Positions 53,697 to 63,250 of a stretch of DNA of 64,000 nt are shown here, in pieces; the first letter of the stretch is position 1, and each line of letters opens with the position of its first letter. The notes below the pieces were generated by a model, which made no database searches, was not told the DNA's origin, and saw only the letters and a list, made by a program, of their open reading frames with translations. The DNA is from Paraphysomonas bandaiensis (lineage: Eukaryota > Protista > Chrysophyceae): NCBI GenBank assembly GCA_965644295.1, contig CBFFRP010000371.1, positions 62,001-126,000 of the forward strand, in the 5' to 3' direction. A program made the position numbers and the translations under genes.

Positions 53697-54440
53697 CATG
53701 TCTATAGTGATATGATGGTCGTGTTATGCGGTGTGATAGAGTGTAGATGCAATATATGTAAGTGATCTAATGTGGTATGAGTATGTATATGTCTATAGAG
53801 TGATATGATGGTCGTGTTATGCGGTGTGATAGAGTGTAGATGCAATATATGTAAGTGATCTAATGTGGTATGAGTATGTATATGTCTATAGAGTGATATG
53901 ATGGTCGTGTTATGCGGTGGATATAGAGTGTAGATGCAATATATGTAAGTGATCTAATGTGGTATGAGTATGTATATGTCTATAGAGTGATATGATGGTC
54001 GTGTTATGCGGTGTGATAGAGTGTAGATGCAATATATGTAAGTGATCTAATGTGGTATGAGTATGTATATGTCTATAGAGTGATATGATGGTCGTGTTAT
54101 GCGGTGTGATAGAGTGTAGATGCAATATATGTAAGTGATCTAATGTGGTATGAGTATGTATATGTCTATAGAGTGATATGATGGTCGTGTTATGCGGTGG
54201 ATATAGAGTGTAGATGCAATATATGTAAGTGATCTAATGTGGTATGAGTATGTATATGTCTATAGAGTGATATGATGGTCGTGTTATGCGGTGTGATAGA
54301 GTGTAGATGCAATATATGTAAGTGATCTAATGTGGTATGAGCATGTATATGTCTATAGAGTGATATGATGGTCGTGTTATGCGGTGGATATAGAGTGTAG
54401 ATGCAATCTATGTGAGTGATGTATAGTGCTATGAGTATAT
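53697..54440. repeat. Minisatellite, 8 copies of a 93-94-bp unit
   Basis: Units start at about 53700, 53791, 53884, 53978, 54071, 54164, 54258 and 54351 (gtctatagagtgatatgatggtcgtgttatgcgg...). Confidence 0.97.
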
Positions 54441-54913
54441 GTGTGGGTGGAAACCCCTATGGGGCAATAAAAATTCATAGTGCTGCCATAATGATGTTGT
54501 ACAACGGTTATCTTTAGTAAAAGGCGAAAGATAAGTGCGCCTAGTATAACATCAGCAGGATGATTAATTAGAGGGGTCGGTTCGATATATATATGTATGA
54601 ATTTACCCAAAATATTTATTTTGAAAATGGTATATGGACTAATTGGTATACAGGAAATACATTCATATACAGCCAGACCTTTTTGGACATATGGTATGGA
54701 TGTAGTCTACTGTATTCTACTACTGTATACATGTGGGTATACACTAAAATATAGTTGGAAGTGATCCGGATGGTACCTACTCTCATCAGACGAGTGGCGT
54801 GTAGTGGATATGATGTGAGTGGATGTGCAGGTTGCTTGTATAAGTCTAGCAATATACTACATTTAGAAGTCATAATTTTGTTGTAGTAGACAATAAATTA
54901 CTGTTGTTGCATC

Positions 54914-57900
54914 ATGATATATGGTGCATTTTGCTGGCTTGCCTTGTGTGTATCCGCTGGATATGCCGCAGTTGACAAGAGCAGGCTGATTCCATTCTCT
55001 CCTGACTCCGATAAATGCACCAGCATTATCGTCTCCAGAAAGGCCTCTACAGAGGGTCCTATGACCACCCATACGGCAGATTGTGCAAATTGTGATTTCC
55101 GTATCAATAAAGTACCTGCTATGGATTGGAAGAAAGGCGATATGAGGGCTCTGTATGTGTATAAGGGCTCATATCCTGCCATGGTGATTGAGAACCGTGG
55201 CACTACATGGAGTGCTGACAACCTAGAAGGTGAGTTTATTATCCTCTGCTAGTACGTGTATGTAGGTAATGTTTTTGTAGGAACGGCGGAGCAAATTGAG
55301 GCCTGGAAGCAAGAAGAAAGGGATATTACTGGCTACATACCACAGGTAATAGCACAACTATCTGGCAATTCGTGAAATGCTATATCCGATGATAGTTCTA
55401 CATGAGATTTATGACTGTGTAGTGAGATCCATTGTGATGCCAGCTACTCATTACGATTAAAGCATATTAATGCTGAGGATATGTGTCATTCGTCCTGTAT
55501 TCGTGTTTTGTTGAAGTCGTATATTGACTTGCGCACGACAGGTGGAACATACTTACGCCTTGTACGAAGCTGGCTATGGTATCATGAATGAGCACGGACT
55601 TGCCATGGGCGAGTCCACATGTGCATCGTGGCTGTGGGCTGCACCTACAACAGCTGGAGGGAAGGCCAGAGTTGAAGTTAGAGAACTGTCGAAGTAAGTG
55701 CTTACGAGTACACTTATTACTAGTTGGTGTCGTGGATATTATTGGTGATGACGATAGCACATTTTGTCGTGGACAGGAGGTTGGTGGGAGGGAAAAAAGG
55801 GACTGAGTCTCTTCGTGAGATTCGTCTCTCCCTTTGCCTCCTCCTGTGTGCGTCCTGATTGAATGAAGACACATAGCGACCATACTCTCTGAGCCAAACA
55901 CAACATTCACGTGCTTATATTATAACGACGATGATTATTTACTTACTCTTGTTCACCCTAGGATTGCTTTAGAGCGCACTAAGACTGCGAGGGAAGCTAT
56001 CCAACTAATGGGCGACCTTGCTGTTGAGTTGGGATACTATGCGGCAGACTGGAGTGGTGGGGATGGCTCCAAGGGCGAAGGTGGAGAGGCCCTTACAGTA
56101 GTTGATAAGGAAGAGGCTTGGGTTTTCCATGTTACTTCTGATGATACCGGAGAAAGTGCGGTGTGGGCAGCACAAAGAGTTCCTGATGGAGAGGTATATA
56201 TACACAGTTCTGCATACACTCTACATTTCCATCCACTATACAACAGTGAGGTTGTGTTTGGTGATGACGATAGCACATTTTGTCGTGGACAGGAGGTTGG
56301 TGGGAGGGAAAAAAGGGACTGAGTCTCTTCGTGAGATTCGTCTCTCCCTTTGCCTCCTCCTGTGTGCGTCCTGATTGAATGAAGACACATAGCGACCATA
56401 CTCTCTGAGCCAAACACAATACTCACTGCGTATCACTCACTACATATTCAATGTACCTGTTTAAATGACGTGATGGCAATGACGACTCAATTACTGGCCG
56501 GTGGGTCGAGGCAACATCCTTCTGAGTCTCTTCGTGAGATTCGTCGGTGGCCCTTCCCTCCGGCTCTGATTCAATGAAGACAGCAAAGACCATACTCCAC
56601 TCTGAGCCATTCACAGTTTACTTCACACTATCTCTACACGTATAAGTATATGTATATATATGTTTTATATATTCGTGATATGTGGCAATGACGACTCAAT
56701 TACTGGCCGGTGGGTCGAGGCAACATCCTTCTGAGTCTCTTCGTGAGATTCGTCGGTGGCCCTTCCCTCTGGCTCTGATTCAATGAAGACAGCAAAGACC
56801 ATACTCCACTCTGAGCCACTTTATATCACTACTTCACTTTGTCTACTGTTAGCATGAGTGTGTTTCTATACTAATTTGTGATGTGTGTCAGGTGGCTGTC
56901 GTTGCAAATCAGTTTATTATTCGACACATTCACGAGGATAGCGACGACTTTATGTTCTCAAAAAATATATTCAAGGTTGCAGAGCGCGCGGAATTGTGGA
57001 AGCCCTCTGACGGAAAGCTGGACTTCTTGAAGACTTTTGGACCTCAACGTATGCATTCTCCTTATGCAACTCGACGTGTGTGGCGAGTTTTCAGTCTGCT
57101 TGCACCCTCTTTGGAACTCGATCCTGTGACTGACTCTTTTGCATCGGAGTATCCCTTTTCTGTCAAACCCGAGACTGGAAAGCTCAGCAAAGAAGACCTG
57201 ATGCGATTGCAGCGAGATCACTATGAGGGATCGGAGTTCGACTTAACTCAGGGACTCCAGGCTGGACCATATGGTGACCCGGAGAGATGGGATGTTTCCC
57301 CAGTTGATGGCATGGACCTTGCCGATGTTATGGAGGGGTCGTTCGAACGGGCCATTTCTCTTTTCCGAACCTCTTATTCTTTCGTGGCGGTGTCGCGGAA
57401 GCACCTTCCTGATCCGGTATCATCTGTTCTCTGGTTTTCTCAGTATGCTCCAGCCTCTACTACTTACACCCCTTTCTATGTGGCCGCCACTGACGCTCCT
57501 CGTGCATATACTAAGGGATCCCTTTTTAACTACGACCCATCAGTTTCTTTCTGGAACTTTGCTGCTGCTGGTAACTACGCTAATCGGTTCTATATTCACA
57601 CAAAGCAGGTGCTTCAAGATTTGCAGGATCAGCTGGAGAGTGCTTATTCCAAAGAGAGTGCTGATATAGATGCTAAAGCTGCTGCTGTTCTTAATGATTG
57701 TGAGGCCGCTGATGACTGTGACAAACGTGAAGCAATGACCACTGTAGTTGAAATGCTTACTGACTTTACACACGCCAAGGCTGATCAGACTGTACAAGCA
57801 TGGCGTGATTTATTACCAAAGCTTATTACTCGCTTCCATGACGGTTACAGCGCTGAAAATCTGCAGGGTGCCGAGATTACTATGAAGAAGCTCTTTTATC

Positions 57901-58148
57901 CCAAGTGGTGGTTGGAAGCTGTCGGTTACTTCGACAGCACACCAAACCGGGACCCCAAAGCAATTATGTTCGCTGCAAATCCTGAATCCACGATGTCTGG
58001 TGGTGAGCTCGTATACACTCGTGCTGGCTATACTGGTGGTGTTGTTGCCGCTGCACTCTTTGCGAGCGCACTTTCAGTTACCATTGGTTTTGTGTTGGGT
58101 CGAAGGACTCTCGGCCAGCGAGCTGAGTACATGGTCATTGATTTGTAG
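54914..58148 (+). CDS. Peptidase family C69 (dipeptidase/secernin-like Ntn hydrolase) with signal peptide and C-terminal TM; exons ~54914-55229, 55281-55345, 55542-55693, 55962-56193, 56892-58148
   Basis: [11 protein letters not shown]...HTAD (catalytic N-terminal Cys); [16 protein letters not shown]; [17 protein letters not shown]; WAAQRVPD; RDHYEG; [14 protein letters not shown]. Confidence 0.92.
55382..55482 (+). ncRNA. Candidate intronic box C/D snoRNA (intron 2 of the C69 gene)
   Basis: Terminal stem ATATCC/GGATAT, then g-ATGATAG (degenerate box C in k-turn spacing) and CTGA (55473-55476). Host intron is enlarged to 196 nt. Confidence 0.5.
55742..55897 (+). ncRNA. Intronic box C/D snoRNA-like RNA, subtype A copy 1
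   Basis: Stem TTGGT/GCCAA, box C ATGACGA, long internal hairpin, D' CTGA with C' ATGAAGA, antisense GCGACCATACTC, box D CTGA at 55889-55892. Confidence 0.8.
56258..56414 (+). ncRNA. Intronic box C/D snoRNA-like RNA, subtype A copy 2
   Basis: Core identical to copy 1. Flanked by an extended stem CAGTGAG-GTTGTGTTTGG / CCAAACACAAT-A-CTCACTG (56244-56428). Confidence 0.8.
56470..56614 (+). ncRNA. Intronic box C/D snoRNA-like RNA, subtype B copy 1
   Basis: Stem GTGA-TGGC/GCCA-T-TCAC, box C ATGACGA, internal hairpin, D' CTGA with C' ATGAAGA, antisense GACCATACTCC, box D CTGA at 56602-56605. Confidence 0.8.
56675..56829 (+). ncRNA. Intronic box C/D snoRNA-like RNA, subtype B copy 2
   Basis: One C>T change from B1 (keeps a G-U pair in the stem). 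Stem GTGGC/GCCAC plus outer GTGATAT/ATATCAC. Confidence 0.8.
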
Positions 58149-59260
58149 GTGGTGTAGTTACCAGAGTTCACTGAACTTTTTTGTCTACGATAGACTTTGG
58201 AATGAATATTTGGGACACTATCTGTACTTAAATTATTTTGTTTTGCGAATCTATTCAATTATTTGTTGAATATCTAAGCTCATGTTTATTGGGCATTCTA
58301 TTTTAAATTTTAAAAATCACAATTTTCATATTATATATTTTACTATGCTTGGTTAATTTTACAGCAGTGAATTGGTGTCTGGTGCCTACACAATAGGAAG
58401 TACTTTGCATTAGGTTAAAAGATCTCTATAGAAAAGTAACAGTACTTGCAATACAACGCATTCTTATTTCTCCTCTTATTCGTGTTATTTCACTATATTG
58501 ATGTTGCCATTACTACAATGCTACCATTCTATATTTTACGAACTTTGGTAAGCCCGTAATTCATTGCATTGCAGTAAATTTATATAGCTCTGTCTTGACT
58601 CTTGACTGTATTCTAAATTCTAAATATTAAACGATTATAGTTTAGAGGTTAAAAACATAACACAGTATAACTATTCACTATTCATTGCCTCACAACTATG
58701 AAAACTCAACACCCCGTCTCAATTCCAGGCTGTAGATTATCCTTCCACACGCGAGACATAACTGCATTATGTGCCTAACCACAAACCATTGCCAAGCAAC
58801 ACTCTCCAGATATTTTTTGTCATTTGAACGAATATTTGCTTATGAGTTCGAGAGAACTTTTCTGATCTACCCTAGACCCAAGACCCTAGACACCTCTTTC
58901 GGCTCCTGGTATATATATTGCGACCTGTCCCAAACATGATCAAGTCTTACGACTAGTCGTTTTCACAGTACACAGTCCTCACAATTACCACATCGAGAGA
59001 GTCTTCACAATCATCACACGACTCTATGTCCATGCTCTATCATATGGATATTACGTACGAAGGATATACGGTATACTATTGGGCAGTATACTACGAAGTA
59101 CGTAGTATATCGTAGTTTATATCACACTCTATATTGATGTGTGCTGGTCACTCATGATTTACCTGAATATCTAGACATGCATCTATGAACAGATGAATTG
59201 AAATGGAATATAGTGAGGGTTATTTCAATTCCCTATGAAAAGGAATGATAATTCCATTGC

Positions 59261-60337
59261 ATGTTGTTTCCTTATTCATATGATTCCATTGCATTGAATG
59301 ATATAAGAATGCCTACTATATCATATATATCCATCATATGGTCTGTGATAAGTTGTATATATGTAACAGGGGCATTAGATATTCGCTGTGTGCATCAAAC
59401 TGCTACACTAAAAGATCCAGGTGATACAAGAGATGATGGGTTCGAAGCATGGGTGTCGTCCTCCAATATAGTCTATATTCAATTTGGTAAAGTGGGATCG
59501 ACAGCGATTCGACACTTTCTATGGAATACAACTAATTTTCATCTTGCTTTAAGTGGTAACAAACTTTACAAGTCGGTTGGGACGATATATAACATGCATA
59601 CAAGAAAGCAGTATCTCATTCGTAATTCTTATCAGGGCGGTTTCGGTGTGTGTGAAGAGTATCTGAACAGCACCTGCTTGTATTTTACGACCCTTCGACA
59701 CCCATTATCTCGTGTAATTTCATCATACAATTACTTCTGTCGCAGCTGTGCCGAAGAAGAACGTTTTTGTCGACATCGTCCGGTTGGTGCTCCGCCTTGT
59801 CCCAATGTTAGTTTAGTTGAGTGGGCTTCATACGAAGGAAATGTTTACGTGAACGATTTTTCATTACGTGATGTATGTCGTGTAGCTGGGTTACAGGAGT
59901 CTTACAAAGACTACTTTGCGTCCAGATCACGTTATGTGACAGTAAAAGAGTTCTTAGGAGATAAGTTTCAACCAGATGATACCAAGGCTAACATGGGTTG
60001 GCTTATCGAGGTTGCCATCGCCAATGCATTGAATAGAAGAGTGGTAATGCTTCCGACTGGTGTAGTCGACTTCATGGCACTGAGAAATGTATTGCGTCTT
60101 CAGTCAACCAGAATTATACCTCACCGGTACTCTACTAATTCTGCGAGAAGTGCAAATAAACTACGTGAAATTTCTCCTACTTTGAAGTCCCAACTCGTTA
60201 GTGTCCTCTACCCAGATATTATATTCTATAAGTTCATGGAAACGCGATGGAACTCAATATATACTTGTGATATTGATTCCTGCGAATTTGCTTATGCATT
60301 ATATTTTGAACATACATATATGAAAAACCCACGGTAA
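59261..60337 (+). CDS. Golgi-type carbohydrate sulfotransferase family protein (intronless; true start may be the second Met)
   Basis: N-terminal hydrophobic anchor; 5'-PAPS loop YIQFGKVGSTAIR; 3'-PAPS motif FTTLRHPLSRVISSYNY; C-terminal DIIFY. Confidence 0.8.
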   Translation: MLFPYSYDSIALNDIRMPTISYISIIWSVISCIYVTGALDIRCVHQTATLKDPGDTRDDGFEAWVSSSNIVYIQFGKVGSTAIRHFLWNTTNFHLALSGNKLYKSVGTIYNMHTRKQYLIRNSYQGGFGVCEEYLNSTCLYFTTLRHPLSRVISSYNYFCRSCAEEERFCRHRPVGAPPCPNVSLVEWASYEGNVYVNDFSLRDVCRVAGLQESYKDYFASRSRYVTVKEFLGDKFQPDDTKANMGWLIEVAIANALNRRVVMLPTGVVDFMALRNVLRLQSTRIIPHRYSTNSARSANKLREISPTLKSQLVSVLYPDIIFYKFMETRWNSIYTCDIDSCEFAYALYFEHTYMKNPR

Positions 60338-60758
60338 CAGAGTATTGCATTTTCTAGAATGTATATTTCTAATATTATAAATGCACTCTGGCTATGTATC
60401 TTCGCTCCTTCTAATCAATATCGCAGCCATAATGATGCTTTGGTGATCAATGTCGTAAAACTATTAGAAAATTTAAGATTAAGTAATTTACAGTCAGACG
60501 AACACCCTGCAGAAAATCCTTCGGATAGTCTATTCGGGTTATGAACATAATAACTAATACACTACTGATATACTACCACTGCATTAACTGCTCCTAACAA
60601 ACAACGGGTGCTCTCAGAAACGTTCTCTGTTCTCAGGAATATTAACGGTGATCCAGCATCCAGCATACGACACAGAGAAACACTACATCACCATAAATAG
60701 TCTATATATACAAGCATATTGACACCAGAGGATAACGGCTCAGGAATGTACATGTGCA

Positions 60759-61457
60759 CTAAAATTTGCTACAGGAGTACCGAACATCTGAAAGAAACTC
60801 CTGTCTTTGCTTCATGGCAGCAGTAGCAGTATCTTCCTCATCACTGGAATCCATAGAATACAAGCCCATCCAATCTAACGAGCAATCAGTTGAGAACATC
60901 GGTAATAGACTGTACTTTATGAATCGTCTCGAACTATCGCCGGCATGTTCTACCAAATGAGCTGGGGCACCATAAGTGGTTATCACACCTATTTTTTTAA
61001 TATGCTCCAGTCGTGAGTACATTGAAACGTGTGGAAGAAGAACACGATCAAAGTAACCTTTTAATATCGCCGGAAAACAGAACCACCATGTAGGATATAT
61101 AAAAATGATAGAATTACACCACTGAAGGTCCTGAACAGCTTCAGCAACATCTTTCGATATACATGTGCCGTCAAAGTAGCACCGATGTTCTTCCTCTGTC
61201 ATCGCTGCCCCAAAGTTCGACCCAGCGTAAGATTCATTCGGATGTTCGGCAGTCCAGTACAACCGCCTCACTCTCAGGTCATGACCAGCCTCTTTTAGTC
61301 CTCGTCTGGCTTCGACTAGTAGAGTACTGGAATACGACTCATAAACAGGATGTGCCTGAATTACTAATACTTTCCTCTTTTTTACTTTCCCTGATATATC
61401 TTGAGATAACAGATTCTTTTCAACACTTTTTTTAACTCGAGTGAACAGACTGTTCAT
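60759..61457 (-). CDS. Flavodoxin-fold NAD(P)H:quinone oxidoreductase (Flavodoxin_2 family), intronless
   Basis: KVLVIQAHP...SYS; IIFIYPTWWFCFPAILKGYFDRVL; VITTYGA. First ATG is at MNSLF (61457). Confidence 0.88.
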   Translation of the reverse strand: MNSLFTRVKKSVEKNLLSQDISGKVKKRKVLVIQAHPVYESYSSTLLVEARRGLKEAGHDLRVRRLYWTAEHPNESYAGSNFGAAMTEEEHRCYFDGTCISKDVAEAVQDLQWCNSIIFIYPTWWFCFPAILKGYFDRVLLPHVSMYSRLEHIKKIGVITTYGAPAHLVEHAGDSSRRFIKYSLLPMFSTDCSLDWMGLYSMDSSDEEDTATAAMKQRQEFLSDVRYSCSKF

Positions 61458-62200
61458 GAATCTTATATAAACACTAGTTGATAATATCAACCATCCATTC
61501 TAACTCCCTCTATATGATATCCTTTGCAACTATTGACATCATTATGCAATATAAATGTAGTAATACTTACTAGAAACAATAGTATGGTAATATATAATGT
61601 TATAGAGGGATATATCTATATTCTTTCTAGTGCAGTTGTTATATATGACATGCTGTGTACATCTATTCCAAGTATTCTCAGATACTATATACATACTGTA
61701 TATATACAGAGCAGCATACAGCAATGGTGTACCATTGTACTGTGATACTATATATACGTATACATACTGCTGATCAAAATCTGATGTCGTACTTGTACAA
61801 GTACAGCAGTTTTTACATCCCCAATACCTAGCTTTTTTCTCCACAATATCATACATATTGTAGATGTAAAGTCGAAAAAACTGTATATTACAGTGGAAAA
61901 AAGAGGATTTTCCAAACCACCCCACCCCAAAATATCACAATATATGCATACCTATATCTGAACAATGCATCTAGTTAATCACATTCCATTGTAATTCATT
62001 GTAATGTAAAACATTAATATAATAATATGTTCCTTCATAACTGTGGTATTGATAATGATATAATTCAGAAATTCATATCTATATCTCCCCCTGTTACAAC
62101 AGGTAACAGATACTTTACACTATACTTATAGTAATATATATATATATATAGTGGAGGAGTTGTTATGTACTAACTCACGTTTATTAGCTCGAAGATGTAA

Positions 62201-63250
62201 TATGGGCTATAAGGTAGCTAAATATATATGGAATATACACTAGACTGAGTGATATGTCACAGGATGTATGTGATATTAAGACGACTTGTGCATTGAAGAT
62301 ACTCAATCGGTGTAATGTTGATAATCCTATGGGGGTATCTGTTTCGAATGAACTTCATTCATCTGGCCGGGATCTCTACCCGCCAACTGGATACTCACAG
62401 TGTGAGACTTATTAGTTCTGACTTCTCTACATTACGTTGGGGTTCATTAGGCTGGACTCATTGCTCTGCAGTTTACAAGCCGGATCTGTGACTGAAATAA
62501 TCGGCGGATGTAACTCAGAAATATGCCAGGTAAGTCGGAACTTGATGTTTAAAGCTGTTTATAGTATTATGAAGCAGATTGGAACCTCGTTTGCTGTCAC
62601 TTGTGCTGGAATTGGGCTTTCAGTGATGATAGTAGCGGTTGGGAAGGGGGCAGAGGTGGAGAAAAGGCTTCTAGCCACGGCCACACGTGATATCCTACAG
62701 CAGGGGGAAGCAGAAAGGCGCGTATTTAATTAGACATACTGCGATGTATATGATAATCAATGCCAGGGCCCTTCGAAAAATATCTATTGAGCGCGTGCAC
62801 TCGCCTTGGGATATTATATCCATATTGAGTTCTTCTGATTGTAGTGGAGCATTTGATGTCCTTGTCGTTGACGACGTGACATCGCTCTGGTCCCCACTTT
62901 TATTCAGTCAAGCGGGATCAGTTGTCTCGTTAGAAGTCTTACTAGCACAAGTAGCTGGCGCTGTGCAGCAATTTTCCACAAATGGTTGCTCTGTCCTTCT
63001 TTTACATCCATGCCCTCAACTCCAACACAGTCGCGGTAGTCCTGGTCCAACACGCAAGATAGTCTCTCGAAACCTACCACTTTGGCACGTGTGGGCAGAT
63101 GTGGCGAGTATTTCCATCCTAGCGGAAAGAGAAGAGTGTACAGCTGATAATTCCGTCGATATATCTACTTCAGATGCATTTTCTTTTTCTGTTCTGTAAA
63201 AGTTACTGTCCTAACAGTACTATATGTATATATTTCAGGTTTAATTTGCA
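62201..63250 (+). CDS. Divergent RAD51 paralogue (RAD51D-like); multi-exon, both ends uncertain
   Basis: PTG...LDSLL...AGSVTEIIGG; FDVLVVDDVTSLWSPLL (Walker B plus RAD51D-like SPLL); LWHVWADVASISIL. Confidence 0.6.

Noticed and set aside
53697-54440. Possible CRISPR-like array
   Set aside because: Units are contiguous with no unique spacers, there are no cas genes, and the context is eukaryotic.
55467-56614. Overlapping ORFs containing [20 protein letters not shown] or their antisense
   Set aside because: They are intron read-through of the duplicated RNA units; the C69 frame splices cleanly around them.
55742-56829. Hammerhead ribozyme, TIGR-like array or permuted U3 interpretation of the intronic units
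   Set aside because: There is no CUGANGA...GAAA core. The guides do not vary within a subtype and no adjacent Nop-domain effector gene is present. U3 box A (GGAUCA) and box B are absent. A C/D snoRNA-type layout explains the motifs better.
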